From NCBI RefSeq assembly GCF_005696695.1, contig NZ_CP040006.1:1020001-1052000 (forward strand): a stretch of DNA of 32,000 nucleotides, read 5' to 3'. A program made the position numbers and the translations under genes. The number at the start of each line of letters is the position of its first letter. Position 1 is the stretch's first letter. The notes below the pieces were generated by a model. It worked only from the letters and a program-made list of their open reading frames with translations, did no database searches and was not told the origin of the DNA. Below are positions 1 to 9,048 of this stretch, piece after piece. The stretch is from Schaalia odontolytica. Its GTDB lineage: Bacteria > Actinomycetota > Actinomycetes > Actinomycetales > Actinomycetaceae.

Positions 1-1704
1 CGCCTCGTGGCGACTGTCGAGGGCGGACACGTGGAGTCCGCGACCCTCATCATCGTGCCGAACACGCTGTCCCTGCCGCTCCTGGAGTCCTCGCGCCGCG
101 TGTGGGGTGTCAACGCTCAGCTGTACTCGACGCGCTCGGCCTCCTCGTGGGGCATCGGTGACGCCACCGATCTGGCTGACCTGGCTGCCGTGTGTGCGGA
201 CAAGGGTGCAGATTTCCTGCTTATCAACCCTGTCCACGCATCACAGCCGGTGTCTCCGCTGGAGAACTCTCCCTACCTGCCGGTGTCGCGCCGTTGGCTC
301 AACCCGATCTACATTCGTCCCGAGAGTATCGAGGAGTACGCCTCCCTGCCCCAGGCTTCGCGCGCGGCCATCGAGCAGCTGCGCGACTCGACCCGCCAGT
401 TCGCCATCCGCGAGGACCTGATCGACCGCGATCGCTCGTGGGAGGCCAAGCGCAAGGCACTCGAGGTCATCTTCGCCGCTCCGCGTTCCTACCATCGCCA
501 GAGCCAGCTGGATCGCTTCATCGAGCGCGGCGGTTCGGAGCTGTCCAACTACGCGCTGTGGTGCGCTCTCGTTGAGCGCGAGGGCACGATCGAGCTGCCC
601 GAGGACCTTGCCCGTTCGTCTGCGCCTCGCGTCGAGATGGAACGTCTCGAACTGGCCGATCGTGTTGACTTCTACCAGTGGTGCCAGTGGGTTGCCGCCG
701 AACAGCTCGCGCATGCCCATCACGTGGCGCGTGAGGTCGGCATGGAGATCGGCATCATGGCTGATCTGGCAGTCGGCGTGCACGGCTACGGTTCCGAAAA
801 GTGGAGCCGACCGGAGCTCTTCGCCTCCGGCATGAGCGTCGGCGCCCCGCCGGACGTCTACTCCCAGCAGGGCCAGAACTGGTCGCAGCCGCCGTGGTCG
901 CCGCGTAGCCTCGCGGAGTCGGGTTACCTGCCGCTGCGCGACATGGTCCGCGCTGCGCTGGCGAACGCCGGTGCGGTGCGCATCGACCACATCCTGGGTA
1001 TGTTCCGCCTCTGGTGGATCCCGGAAGGTTGCGCTGCCACCGAAGGTACCTACGTGTACTACGATCACGAGGCCATGATGGGCGTCATCCTGCTGGAGGC
1101 CCAGCGTGCGGGTGCCGTCGTCATCGGCGAGGATCTCGGAGTCGTGGAGCCGTGGGTGCGCGATTACCTGCGCGAGCGTGGCGTCCTCGGCACCTCCGTT
1201 GTGTGGTTCGAAAAGGAGGGGGGCGGCTGGCCGCTGCGTCCCGAGCACTACCGTGATCGCGCTCTGGCCGCAGTCAACATCCATGACTTGCCGCCGACGC
1301 TCGGCTACATCCGTGGCATCCAGACGACGCTGCGTTCTGAGCTTGGTCTGCTGACGGACGACATCGAGACAGTGCGCGCGGGCGATCGCCTTGAACTCGA
1401 ACAGGTGGGCGCGCGACTGCATGAGTACGGCTGCATCGACGGCGCAGAGCCCAGCGAGCGCGAGACCGTTGAGGGCCTGTACCGCTACGTTGCGAAGACC
1501 CCGTCGAAGCTGGTCGTCGCCTCCCTCGTGGATGCGGTCGGGGATGTGCGCCCGCAGAATATGCCGGGCACGGGTGCTGACCAGTACCCGAACTGGTGCG
1601 TGCCGCTGTGCGATTCCGATGGGGAAGAAGTTGCGATCGAGGACCTGCCCACGGACGAGCGCCTAACCTCTCTGTTCGCGCTGTTGCGCGGGACCGTCCG
1701 CTGA
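1..1704 (+). CDS. malQ: 4-alpha-glucanotransferase (amylomaltase, GH77), 5' end outside the window
   Basis: Frame 1 is open from base 1, and the track ORF 7..1704 begins only at an internal GTG. GH77 blocks are present: YSTRSASSWGIGD, LLINPVHA, RIDHILGMFRLWWIP, VIGEDLGVVEP, NIHDLPP. Actinobacterial MalQ carries an extra N-terminal domain, so the true start is probably upstream. Confidence 0.9.
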   Translation, partial: RLVATVEGGHVESATLIIVPNTLSLPLLESSRRVWGVNAQLYSTRSASSWGIGDATDLADLAAVCADKGADFLLINPVHASQPVSPLENSPYLPVSRRWLNPIYIRPESIEEYASLPQASRAAIEQLRDSTRQFAIREDLIDRDRSWEAKRKALEVIFAAPRSYHRQSQLDRFIERGGSELSNYALWCALVEREGTIELPEDLARSSAPRVEMERLELADRVDFYQWCQWVAAEQLAHAHHVAREVGMEIGIMADLAVGVHGYGSEKWSRPELFASGMSVGAPPDVYSQQGQNWSQPPWSPRSLAESGYLPLRDMVRAALANAGAVRIDHILGMFRLWWIPEGCAATEGTYVYYDHEAMMGVILLEAQRAGAVVIGEDLGVVEPWVRDYLRERGVLGTSVVWFEKEGGGWPLRPEHYRDRALAAVNIHDLPPTLGYIRGIQTTLRSELGLLTDDIETVRAGDRLELEQVGARLHEYGCIDGAEPSERETVEGLYRYVAKTPSKLVVASLVDAVGDVRPQNMPGTGADQYPNWCVPLCDSDGEEVAIEDLPTDERLTSLFALLRGTVR

Positions 1705-1729
1705 CGGGACTCCAATACGCTGAACAAGT

Positions 1730-1763
1730 GAACCCCGCGACCCGAAAAAGGGCCGCGGGGTTC
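1730..1763. terminator. GC-rich hairpin between convergent malQ and the EIIA gene
   Basis: GAACCCCGCG (1730-1739) pairs with CGCGGGGTTC (1754-1763). The stem can extend with one mismatch through CCC/GGG around a GAAAAA loop. It lies in the 76-nt gap between two stop codons. Confidence 0.6.
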
Positions 1764-1780
1764 ATGCATACGGTCGGGGC

Positions 1781-2254
1781 TCAGTCACCATCGGAAAGAG
1801 AAAACAGCGGATCGAGAACCCCCACCGTGGGCAGTGCTTCATCGAACTCGGGAGAGACCGGCTCTCCGGGAGGGCTGACGACGATGACTGGCACGCAGGG
1901 GGACAGCCCCGCCCCGCGGACGGGGCCGAGATCCCAGTGAATGAGGGGAGTACCCTCGTCGACGATGTCGCCCTCCTCGACGAGGGGAGCAAAGCCTCGG
2001 CCGCGCAAGCCGACGGTATCGATGCCCAGATGAATGAGGATCGAGGGCCCGCGCGTCGAGGTGATAATCGCGGCATGCGATTTGAGCTTGGTGATCACTC
2101 CGTTAATGGGGGAGTGAACGGTCACGCACGTGACGTCATTGTCCGGCAGGAGCGCGCGACCATCCCCGACGACGCCACTGGCGAAGACGGGATCCGGTAC
2201 CTCGGACAGGGGTAGCACGTGCGCAGCGAAGGGTGCGCGGACGAGAAAGCTCAC
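1781..2254 (-). CDS. crr: PTS glucose-family EIIA component
   Basis: EIIA-Glc motifs are present: VPDPVFASG, SHAAIITS and ILIHLGIDTV (active-site His context). The Arg-rich first 54 codons of track ORF 1781..2416 overlap the EIIB gene. I place the start at GTG 2254-2252, which overlaps the EIIB stop as GTGA. Confidence 0.85.
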   Translation of the reverse strand: MSFLVRAPFAAHVLPLSEVPDPVFASGVVGDGRALLPDNDVTCVTVHSPINGVITKLKSHAAIITSTRGPSILIHLGIDTVGLRGRGFAPLVEEGDIVDEGTPLIHWDLGPVRGAGLSPCVPVIVVSPPGEPVSPEFDEALPTVGVLDPLFSLSDGD

Positions 2255-2481
2255 CGGCTCGCGTTCATCTGCTCGACGAGGTCCTCGGAGTCGGGGCCCA
2301 TGACGACCTGCACGGCGTCGCCAACGATGACGACGTCGAAGGCTCCGGCTTCGCGCAGCTTGGCCTCGTCGATGAGGTCCGTGTTGGCTGCGTCCAGGCG
2401 GATGCGCGTAATGCACGCCTCGAGATTGGAGATGTTGTCCCAGCCGCCCAGGGCCTCGACGAGGGTCGTTGCGGTGTCCAT
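2251..2481 (-). CDS. PTS glucose-family EIIB domain protein (stand-alone)
   Basis: This 76-aa ORF contains LGGWDNISNLEACITRIRL, which matches the EIIB phospho-Cys motif (C-x-TR-x-R). An AAGGAGGA Shine-Dalgarno (rc of 2486-2493) sits 4 nt upstream of the ATG. Confidence 0.85.
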   Translation of the reverse strand: MDTATTLVEALGGWDNISNLEACITRIRLDAANTDLIDEAKLREAGAFDVVIVGDAVQVVMGPDSEDLVEQMNASR

Positions 2482-2587
2482 GGTGTCCTCCTTGGCTCAG
2501 TCACCGAAACCGTTGCGGTTTGCCTCACACTTATGGTATCGCGACCGCGCACGAATGGGCACACTTGCAGCGACCGAGCACGTCACA

Positions 2588-3853
2588 TTATGAGATCGTC
2601 GGGGAAGCGCTGGAACCTCGAATGTGGGCAGCCGGAGTGAACGCCATCGCGATGCCCGCGGCGACGGCGAGTGCCGTGAACAGATACATCGCAGTCTCGA
2701 TCCCGGTGTGGGCGGCAACAATGCCGGCAACGAATGAACCGAGGGGCATGACGCCCCAGACCGCGAAGCGAAAGATCGCGTTCATACGACCGAGCATGTC
2801 GGGCGGACAGATTTCCTGGCGCAGGCTCATCTGGGTGACGTTGTAGATCGTCAAGAAGTAGGAGGAGATGACGCCGGCGGCAGCAATGATCCACGCGGCT
2901 GCAGAGGGAACGTGCACGGAGGCTGGCTGGACCGCGAGAATGACGACGCCGGCGATATTGGTCGAAACGATGCAGCGCCCGATGCCCAGGCGTGAGATCC
3001 ACAGAGGTCGCGTGAGCGCACCGAGGATCCCACCAATCGCGCCCGAGCTGAGGAGGAGGCCGAGCTGTGTCGCGCTCATGCCGAGGGTGCGTAACACGAG
3101 GATGGGCAGGAGGACCTGAACGCCCGCTCCGGCGAATGCGGCGCACGCGATGCAGGAGAAGAGCGGGAAGAGGAGGCGCTGCCCGCGTACGAAAGAGAGC
3201 CCCTCGACGATCTGAGAGCGAAGGGGCGCGTCGGAGTGGGCTGGACGAGGCTCGGGGGTGCGTATGCGCCAGATGGCCCATGTGGAGCAGACGTAGGTGG
3301 ACGCTGTCAGCAGGTAAGCCAGGGGAGGGGCGATCACTCCGAGGAGCCATCCGCCAAGTCCCGGGCCACCCGCGCGTCCCACCTGATAGGACGCCTCGAG
3401 TCTCCCGTTGGCTGCCCCGATGTAGCGCTTCGAGGCGATCATGGGAACGTAGGACTGATAGGCGACGTCGAAGAAGACGGTGGATAGACCCAGGAGCGCC
3501 GCGACGACCATGAGGTGGGTGAGCGCCAGTGAGGAGAATACGTAGGCGATCGGGATGGACACGAGGGCCGCGATGCGCGCGAGATTCGCAGTGATCATGA
3601 CGCGGCGCTTGCGCCATCCGTCGACCCACGCGCCCGCCGGTAGACCGACGAGGAGGAAAGCAAGGGTTTGCAGTCCCGAGAGGAGACCGATCTGCGTCTC
3701 GGTCGCGTGCAGCACGGTGATCGCGATGGCCGAGGTGGCCAGCGTACCGACCTGGAAGCCCACCTGTGCGGCGGTTTGCCCCGCCCACAGGTGCATGAAG
3801 GCGGAGTTACGGGTGAGGGGATGGTGCAGCCAGCGCTGCAGTGACCCGTTCAC
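2588..3853 (-). CDS. MFS transporter (12-TM type, efflux-like)
   Basis: The protein is hydrophobic throughout, with MFS-like loops (GLPAGAWVDGWRKRRVM, and a cytoplasmic loop after TM6). The first 44 codons of track ORF 2588..3985 overlap the HAD gene and are Arg/Pro-rich. I place the start at GTG 3853-3851, forming a GTGA overlap with the HAD stop. Confidence 0.8.
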   Translation of the reverse strand: MNGSLQRWLHHPLTRNSAFMHLWAGQTAAQVGFQVGTLATSAIAITVLHATETQIGLLSGLQTLAFLLVGLPAGAWVDGWRKRRVMITANLARIAALVSIPIAYVFSSLALTHLMVVAALLGLSTVFFDVAYQSYVPMIASKRYIGAANGRLEASYQVGRAGGPGLGGWLLGVIAPPLAYLLTASTYVCSTWAIWRIRTPEPRPAHSDAPLRSQIVEGLSFVRGQRLLFPLFSCIACAAFAGAGVQVLLPILVLRTLGMSATQLGLLLSSGAIGGILGALTRPLWISRLGIGRCIVSTNIAGVVILAVQPASVHVPSAAAWIIAAAGVISSYFLTIYNVTQMSLRQEICPPDMLGRMNAIFRFAVWGVMPLGSFVAGIVAAHTGIETAMYLFTALAVAAGIAMAFTPAAHIRGSSASPTIS

Positions 3854-4758
3854 CGTGCATCGCGGAGGCCTTGGCCCCCCGTGCGCTCGACTGCCGTCAG
3901 GCCGGCGGTGCGCAGAGCCCATGCCAGGCCGTCTTCGGAGACGGAGGGGGCGACGATGTCCGCAACCTCGACGAGGGCCTGGCATCCGTTCCCGATGCTG
4001 ATGCCGACCGCTGCCGTTGCCACGGCCTCGACGTCGTTGTTGGAGTCGCCGAGCGCGACCGTATGAGAGAGCGGAATGCCGACGTGTTCGCAGATGGCGC
4101 GGATGCCGACTGCTTTCGACAGATGGGCCGGAACGACCTCGAAGGGAACGTAGCCTGCAGCGCCCACGGAGCCGATGATCGCGCGATAGCCGTCCGGTAG
4201 GGCTGCTGTCACGCGTTCCATCGAGGCTTTTTCGGGCGGGACGTATGCTGTGACCTTGGTGAATGCGCCGCTGTTGATGTCCACGATAAAGGGAGTGATC
4301 GACTGGGCGTATTCGATCCAGTCCTCAGGGTGTTTGCCGGCCCGGGGAACGAAGAAGTCGAGGTATCCCTCGCTGGGTCCCATCTGGTCGGGACCCTGCC
4401 AGATGTAGAAGGCGTCGAGTTCCTCCCATAGGGCGGTCAACACATCGACGTGTTCGCGAGGCATGCGCTCGTCCACGAGAACCGCTTTTCCGACGGATGC
4501 GTACCCTCCAGCGCCACCGACGAGACCCTCGAAGCCGACGTCCCAAAAGCGCGGGTAGACCTCGGGTGCAGAGCGGCCCGTGCACGCGAAGAGCCGGTGT
4601 CCGCCCTCCCTGACCTGCGCCAGGGCCTCAAGCGCGGATTCTGGGATTCGCTGGCGAGAATCGCACAGCGTCCCGTCGATGTCGACAAAGACAGCGTGGG
4701 GAGATGGGGACTCGTTCTCGACGCGAGCGGGGACCTCAGTGTCAGTCATAGGATCCAT
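3850..4758 (-). CDS. Cof-type HAD-IIB phosphatase
   Basis: HAD motif I is VFVDIDGTL, motif II is ACTGRS and motif IV is LGDSNNDVE, with a cap domain between them. An alternative start at ATG 4749 has a TAAGAT -10-like hexamer 7 nt upstream, which would make it leaderless. Confidence 0.85.
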   Translation of the reverse strand: MDPMTDTEVPARVENESPSPHAVFVDIDGTLCDSRQRIPESALEALAQVREGGHRLFACTGRSAPEVYPRFWDVGFEGLVGGAGGYASVGKAVLVDERMPREHVDVLTALWEELDAFYIWQGPDQMGPSEGYLDFFVPRAGKHPEDWIEYAQSITPFIVDINSGAFTKVTAYVPPEKASMERVTAALPDGYRAIIGSVGAAGYVPFEVVPAHLSKAVGIRAICEHVGIPLSHTVALGDSNNDVEAVATAAVGISIGNGCQALVEVADIVAPSVSEDGLAWALRTAGLTAVERTGGQGLRDAR

Positions 4759-4907
4759 CTTATCCCAGGGCGAAACCGGCCTTGCGCGTGCAGAATACGC
4801 CCCGCAAACAACAAATCATGCGTGCGGTCGATTGGAAGGGGATCCTGTGGTACACACTGGAACCATCGACGATACCCGCGATGGAGCACGAAAGGCAGTT
4901 CACGACG

Positions 4908-7340
4908 ATGGAACACGCAGCACTGACGGACGCCAACGATCTCACCCTCCTGCAAGCCGCGGCGCTTCTCTCGGGATCGAGTGCCTGGGACTCTCGCCCG
5001 ATCCCCGCGGCGGGCGTTCCCTCCTTCGTGATGAGCGACGGTCCCCACGGCGTTCGCCGCCAGCTCGGGGATGCTGATCACCTGGGCATCGCGGAGTCTG
5101 AGAAAGCGACCTGCTTCCCGACGGCCTCAGCCGTCGCGGCTACGTGGAACCCGGAGCTGGCGCGCGACATGGGTGAGGCGCTGGGGCTGGAAGCACGAGG
5201 CCTCGGCGTCGACGTCCTGCTCGGTCCCGGCCTCAACATCAAGCGTTCGCCCCTGTGTGGGCGTAACTTCGAGTACTTTTCCGAGGACCCGATTCTTGCC
5301 GGACGCATGGCCGCTGGCCTCGTCGACGGAATCCAATCCACGGGTACGGCAGCCTGCCCCAAGCACTTCGCCGTCAACTCTCAGGAACTCCGCCGCATGG
5401 CCTCGGATTCCATCGTGGACGAGCGCACGATGCGTGAGATCTACCTAACCGGCTTTGAGATCGTCTGCCGAGTGGCCAAGCCGCGGGCGATCATGAGCTC
5501 CTACAACCTTGTCAACGGCACCTACGCGCACGAAAACAAGCACCTGCTGACCGACATCCTGCGCACCGAGTGGGGTTTCGATGGCATGGTCATTTCGGAC
5601 TGGGGCGGTTCGAACAGCGCTGTTGAGGCCGTGCGCGCTGGTGGCAGCCTCGAGATGCCCGCCCCCGGCCTGGCGGGTGCCCGCCAGATCGTCGCGGCCG
5701 TCGAGGCCGGACAGTTGGATGCGGCCGACGTCTACGCGCGTGCCCAGGAAGTCCTCAACGTCGCGAGCGCGAGTGCCGGCTTGCCTGCGCCCAGGCCCTA
5801 TGACATCGGCCAGCACCACGAGCTGGCTACGCGCATCGCCGCCGAGGCGATCACGCTCCTGCGTAACGAGGAGGATCTCCTGCCCCTGAGCGTCGGCACG
5901 AACGTCGCCCTCATCGGCGACCTCGCCGACACGCCGCGCTTCCAGGGGTCGGGTTCCTCCCAGGTCAATCCCACTCGCGTGGAGGCTCCGCGTGAACTGC
6001 TTGAAGCCGGGGGAGAGGGCGCACGAGGCCTCGTTCTCGAGGGATATGCGAGCGGGTATGAGCGCCACGGCGGTACGAGTGATGCTCTCATCGCCGAGGC
6101 TGTGGCCCTCGCCGAGCGCGCCGACGTGGCGCTTGTGTACGTCGGTCTCGACGAGCTGGCCGAATCCGAAGGCCTGGACCGGCCCCACATGCGCCTGCCC
6201 GAGGGCCAGGATCGCCTCATCGAGGCTGTCGTGGCAGCCAATCCGCGCACCGTCGTCGTCCTGACCGGCGGGGCCAGCGTTGAGATGCCGTGGGCCTCGT
6301 CCGTGCCCGCGCTCGTCAACGGTTACCTAACCGGGCAGGGAGGCGCCTCCGCGATGCTCGACGTCCTGACCGGCGCCGTCAATCCGTCGGGACGCCTGGC
6401 CGAAACGTACGCGCTCTCCTACGAGGACCACCCGACCGCCGCATGGTACCCGGCGACAGGACCGCTCTCGTGCTACCGCGAAGGCCCGTTCGTCGGCTAC
6501 CGCTACTTCACGACCGCGGGCATCGACGTTGCTTTCCCCTTCGGCTATGGCCTGTCCTACTCGAGCTTCGAATACTCCGACCTTGCTGTGAACGAGGAGG
6601 GGGTGACCCTCACGGTCACCAACACCTCTGCGCGCGACGGTGCCGAGGTCGTCCAGCTCTACGTGAGTGCACCCGGTGGTGTGTTCGGTCCCGCGCGCGA
6701 GCTCAAGGGTTTCTCAAAGGTCGAGGTTGGTGCCGGAGCATCGGTGAGCGTCACGATTCCCTTCGACCGCTACACGTTCCGGCACTGGGAGACGTCGCGC
6801 GCAGCGTGGGAAACCGAGGCAGGAACCTGGACGATCCACGTGGGACGCAACGTCTCCGACACGCGGCTCAGCGCCACCGTCGAGGTCGAAGGAACCAGGC
6901 CCTCGCCGATCGACCCGGCCCTCGGCCACTACCTGAACGCCGACGTTGCCGGCATCACCAACGGCGAGTTCGCGGTCCTCCTGGGACGGACGATCCCGAC
7001 GGCTCACCCCGCGGATGACCTCGTCGCCTCCGACCCACTGTCCGAGATGACGCGCGCCAAGACCTGGCTCGCCCGCGTCGCCGGACGCAAGCTCCACGGC
7101 CTCAAAGCGAAGGCTGACGCGAAAGGAACCCCGGACCTCAACATCCTCTTCGTCCTCAACATGCCTTTCCGAGCCATCGCGAAGATGAGTAACGGCGCGG
7201 CAAGCCCCGACATGGTGGACGCGATCCTTCTGGCCGTCAACGGACACCCCCTGCGAGGACTCACTCGCGCCGCCCTCGGCTTCATCGCCAACGCGCGCGC
7301 CAACAAGGCCACCCAGCGCGAACTCGACCAGACCCGATGA
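4908..7340 (+). CDS. GH3 beta-glucosidase with FnIII-like and C-terminal extension domains
   Basis: GH3 blocks are present: SDGPHGVR, NIKRSPLCGRNFEYFSEDP, KHFAVNSQE and GFDGMVISDWG (nucleophile Asp). The start is uncertain. ATG 4908 has GAAAGG 13 nt upstream, ATG 4881 is in frame, and the track start 4782 is unlikely. Confidence 0.85.
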   Translation: MEHAALTDANDLTLLQAAALLSGSSAWDSRPIPAAGVPSFVMSDGPHGVRRQLGDADHLGIAESEKATCFPTASAVAATWNPELARDMGEALGLEARGLGVDVLLGPGLNIKRSPLCGRNFEYFSEDPILAGRMAAGLVDGIQSTGTAACPKHFAVNSQELRRMASDSIVDERTMREIYLTGFEIVCRVAKPRAIMSSYNLVNGTYAHENKHLLTDILRTEWGFDGMVISDWGGSNSAVEAVRAGGSLEMPAPGLAGARQIVAAVEAGQLDAADVYARAQEVLNVASASAGLPAPRPYDIGQHHELATRIAAEAITLLRNEEDLLPLSVGTNVALIGDLADTPRFQGSGSSQVNPTRVEAPRELLEAGGEGARGLVLEGYASGYERHGGTSDALIAEAVALAERADVALVYVGLDELAESEGLDRPHMRLPEGQDRLIEAVVAANPRTVVVLTGGASVEMPWASSVPALVNGYLTGQGGASAMLDVLTGAVNPSGRLAETYALSYEDHPTAAWYPATGPLSCYREGPFVGYRYFTTAGIDVAFPFGYGLSYSSFEYSDLAVNEEGVTLTVTNTSARDGAEVVQLYVSAPGGVFGPARELKGFSKVEVGAGASVSVTIPFDRYTFRHWETSRAAWETEAGTWTIHVGRNVSDTRLSATVEVEGTRPSPIDPALGHYLNADVAGITNGEFAVLLGRTIPTAHPADDLVASDPLSEMTRAKTWLARVAGRKLHGLKAKADAKGTPDLNILFVLNMPFRAIAKMSNGAASPDMVDAILLAVNGHPLRGLTRAALGFIANARANKATQRELDQTR

Positions 7341-7385
7341 CGCGGCCCCAGCCTCGCCACTCTCAACTGACGTAAAGGAACACTC

Positions 7386-7997
7386 ATGCAGGCTCTTACC
7401 CGGTGGTGGAAGAACTTCGAATCCAAGCACCCGACGGTCGCGCAGTTCATCATCTTCTTCATCCTCTCCAACGGCATTACGGTGCTGCAGCTGGTTCTCA
7501 TGCCGGCGTTCAAGGCGGCTTTCGCGCACACGAGCCTCGTCGATACGGCCTTCCAGTTCCTGCCGGTCGGCATCTCGCACGGGCACACGGTCTTCCTCTT
7601 CGACTACCCGGCCGGTTCGATGTCGGTGGGTGGGGGCGGCGGCCTCGCGTACTTCCTCGCCGTCGAGATCACCCTGCTGATCGCCCAGGTCATCAACTTC
7701 TTCGCTCAGCGCAACGTCACCTTCAAGTCCAACTCGTCGGTGGGCAAGGCGGCCTTCTGGTACGCGGTCGCCTACGTCGTCATCACGATCGCGGCGGCCG
7801 CCCTCCAGGTCCTCTACAAGGACCCGATCTACGCGTGGGCGATTTCAACGATGGGCGCGGGTGGCGAAACCTTCGCAGACGTCATCACGATGATTATCAA
7901 CGCCGCCATCTCCTTCTGGGTGTTCTTCCCCATCTTTAAAGTGATCTTCAAGCAGGAACCCACGCAGGAGGACGCGCAGGTCAGCGCAGCACAGTAG
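7386..7997 (+). CDS. GtrA-family membrane protein (polysaccharide or lipid-linked sugar translocation family)
   Basis: The protein has four or more hydrophobic segments. The N-terminal VAQFIIFFILSNGITVLQLVL and the INFFAQRNVTFKS motif are typical of GtrA-like proteins. An AAAGGA Shine-Dalgarno lies upstream. Confidence 0.7.
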   Translation: MQALTRWWKNFESKHPTVAQFIIFFILSNGITVLQLVLMPAFKAAFAHTSLVDTAFQFLPVGISHGHTVFLFDYPAGSMSVGGGGGLAYFLAVEITLLIAQVINFFAQRNVTFKSNSSVGKAAFWYAVAYVVITIAAAALQVLYKDPIYAWAISTMGAGGETFADVITMIINAAISFWVFFPIFKVIFKQEPTQEDAQVSAAQ

Positions 7998-8028
7998 ACT
8001 ACTGGCAGACTTCACGAGAGGAGACTCC

Positions 8029-9039
8029 ATGAGCGTGCCGCTGCTGACGGTGATCGTGCCCGCCTACAACTCCGAGGATTACCTCGACCGGGCGCTGACC
8101 ACGCTCGTCGGATACGGCGACGAACTCGAGGCGATTGTCGTCAACGACGGATCGAAGGACCGCACTGCGGAGATCGCCGACGAGTGGGCTGCTCGCTACC
8201 CCTCCGTGAAGGTCATCCACCAGGAGAACAAGGGCCACGGTGGTGCCGTCAACGCCGGCCTCGCCGCCGCCACCGGCACGCACGTGCGCGTCGTCGACTC
8301 CGATGACTGGCTGGACCGACGCGCCACAAACGCCGTTCTCGACGTCCTGCGCGAGGAACGCGAGGCCGGGCGTGACCTGGATCTGCTCGTCACCAACTAC
8401 GTCTACGACAAGCAGGGAAAGTCGGTCAAGGCGGTCATCCGCTACCGCAACGTTCTGCCTCGCGGACGCACCTTCGGCTGGGCGGACCTGCGCCGATGCC
8501 GCTACGACCAGTACCTCATGATGCACGCCCTCACGATGCGCACCGAGGTCGTGCGGGCCTCCGGGCTGGTCATGCCCGAGCACACGTTCTACGTGGACTA
8601 CCTGTACTCGTTCGTGCCGCTGCCCTACATTTCGACGATCCGCTACCTGGACGTGGACCTGTACCACTACTTCATCGGCCGTGACGACCAGTCCGTCAAC
8701 GAGAAGGTCATGATCACGCGCCTGGATCAGCTCGCGCGGGTGAACGAGGCGATGACCCGTGCGCTGCCTCCGCGCGCCGAGGTCGAGGACAAGCTCTGGC
8801 GCTACATGGTCCACTACCTGCGTATCAACGCCGTCGTTTGCTCCGTCATGGCTCAGCTCTCGGGCACGCCCGAGCACCTGGCGCTCAAGGAGCAGATCTG
8901 GGAGAACATGGACCAGATCAATCCCGAGGCCACGGATCGACTGCGCCAGGATCTGCTCGCCGGCCTCGTGCGCCACGCGTCGCCCAAGGTCGTTCGCGGC
9001 GGCTACAAGGTCGCGGCGGCGATCCTCGGCTTCAACTAA
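8029..9039 (+). CDS. Family 2 glycosyltransferase
   Basis: The N-terminal GT-A fold signature is LLTVIVPAYNSEDYLDRAL...VVNDGSKDRT, and the DxD-type motif is VVDSDDWLD. A GAGGAG Shine-Dalgarno lies upstream. Confidence 0.85.
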   Translation: MSVPLLTVIVPAYNSEDYLDRALTTLVGYGDELEAIVVNDGSKDRTAEIADEWAARYPSVKVIHQENKGHGGAVNAGLAAATGTHVRVVDSDDWLDRRATNAVLDVLREEREAGRDLDLLVTNYVYDKQGKSVKAVIRYRNVLPRGRTFGWADLRRCRYDQYLMMHALTMRTEVVRASGLVMPEHTFYVDYLYSFVPLPYISTIRYLDVDLYHYFIGRDDQSVNEKVMITRLDQLARVNEAMTRALPPRAEVEDKLWRYMVHYLRINAVVCSVMAQLSGTPEHLALKEQIWENMDQINPEATDRLRQDLLAGLVRHASPKVVRGGYKVAAAILGFN

Positions 9040-9048
9040 GAGACGCCG

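Noticed and set aside
1205-1212. The tRNA T-loop-like string GGTTCGAA (also at 5607-5614)
   Set aside because: Both copies lie inside the malQ and GH3 coding frames. Neither has a flanking acceptor or anticodon stem.
241-1422. A 393-aa ORF antisense to malQ
   Set aside because: It is Arg/Ala/Gly-rich with no recognisable motif and lies fully inside a well-supported GH77 gene. Long antisense ORFs are expected in high-GC DNA because stop codons are rare.
4836-4856. The near-palindrome TGTGGTACACA in the HAD/GH3 divergent region as a sugar-repressor operator
   Set aside because: It is one base short of a true palindrome (TGTGGTACCACA), occurs as a single copy, and no regulator gene is nearby. 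This is too weak to call.
7999-8976. A 325-aa ORF antisense to the GT2 gene
   Set aside because: The same high-GC artefact applies. The composition is low in complexity (V/D/G/H-rich), there is no start context, and the opposite strand has clear GT-A motifs.
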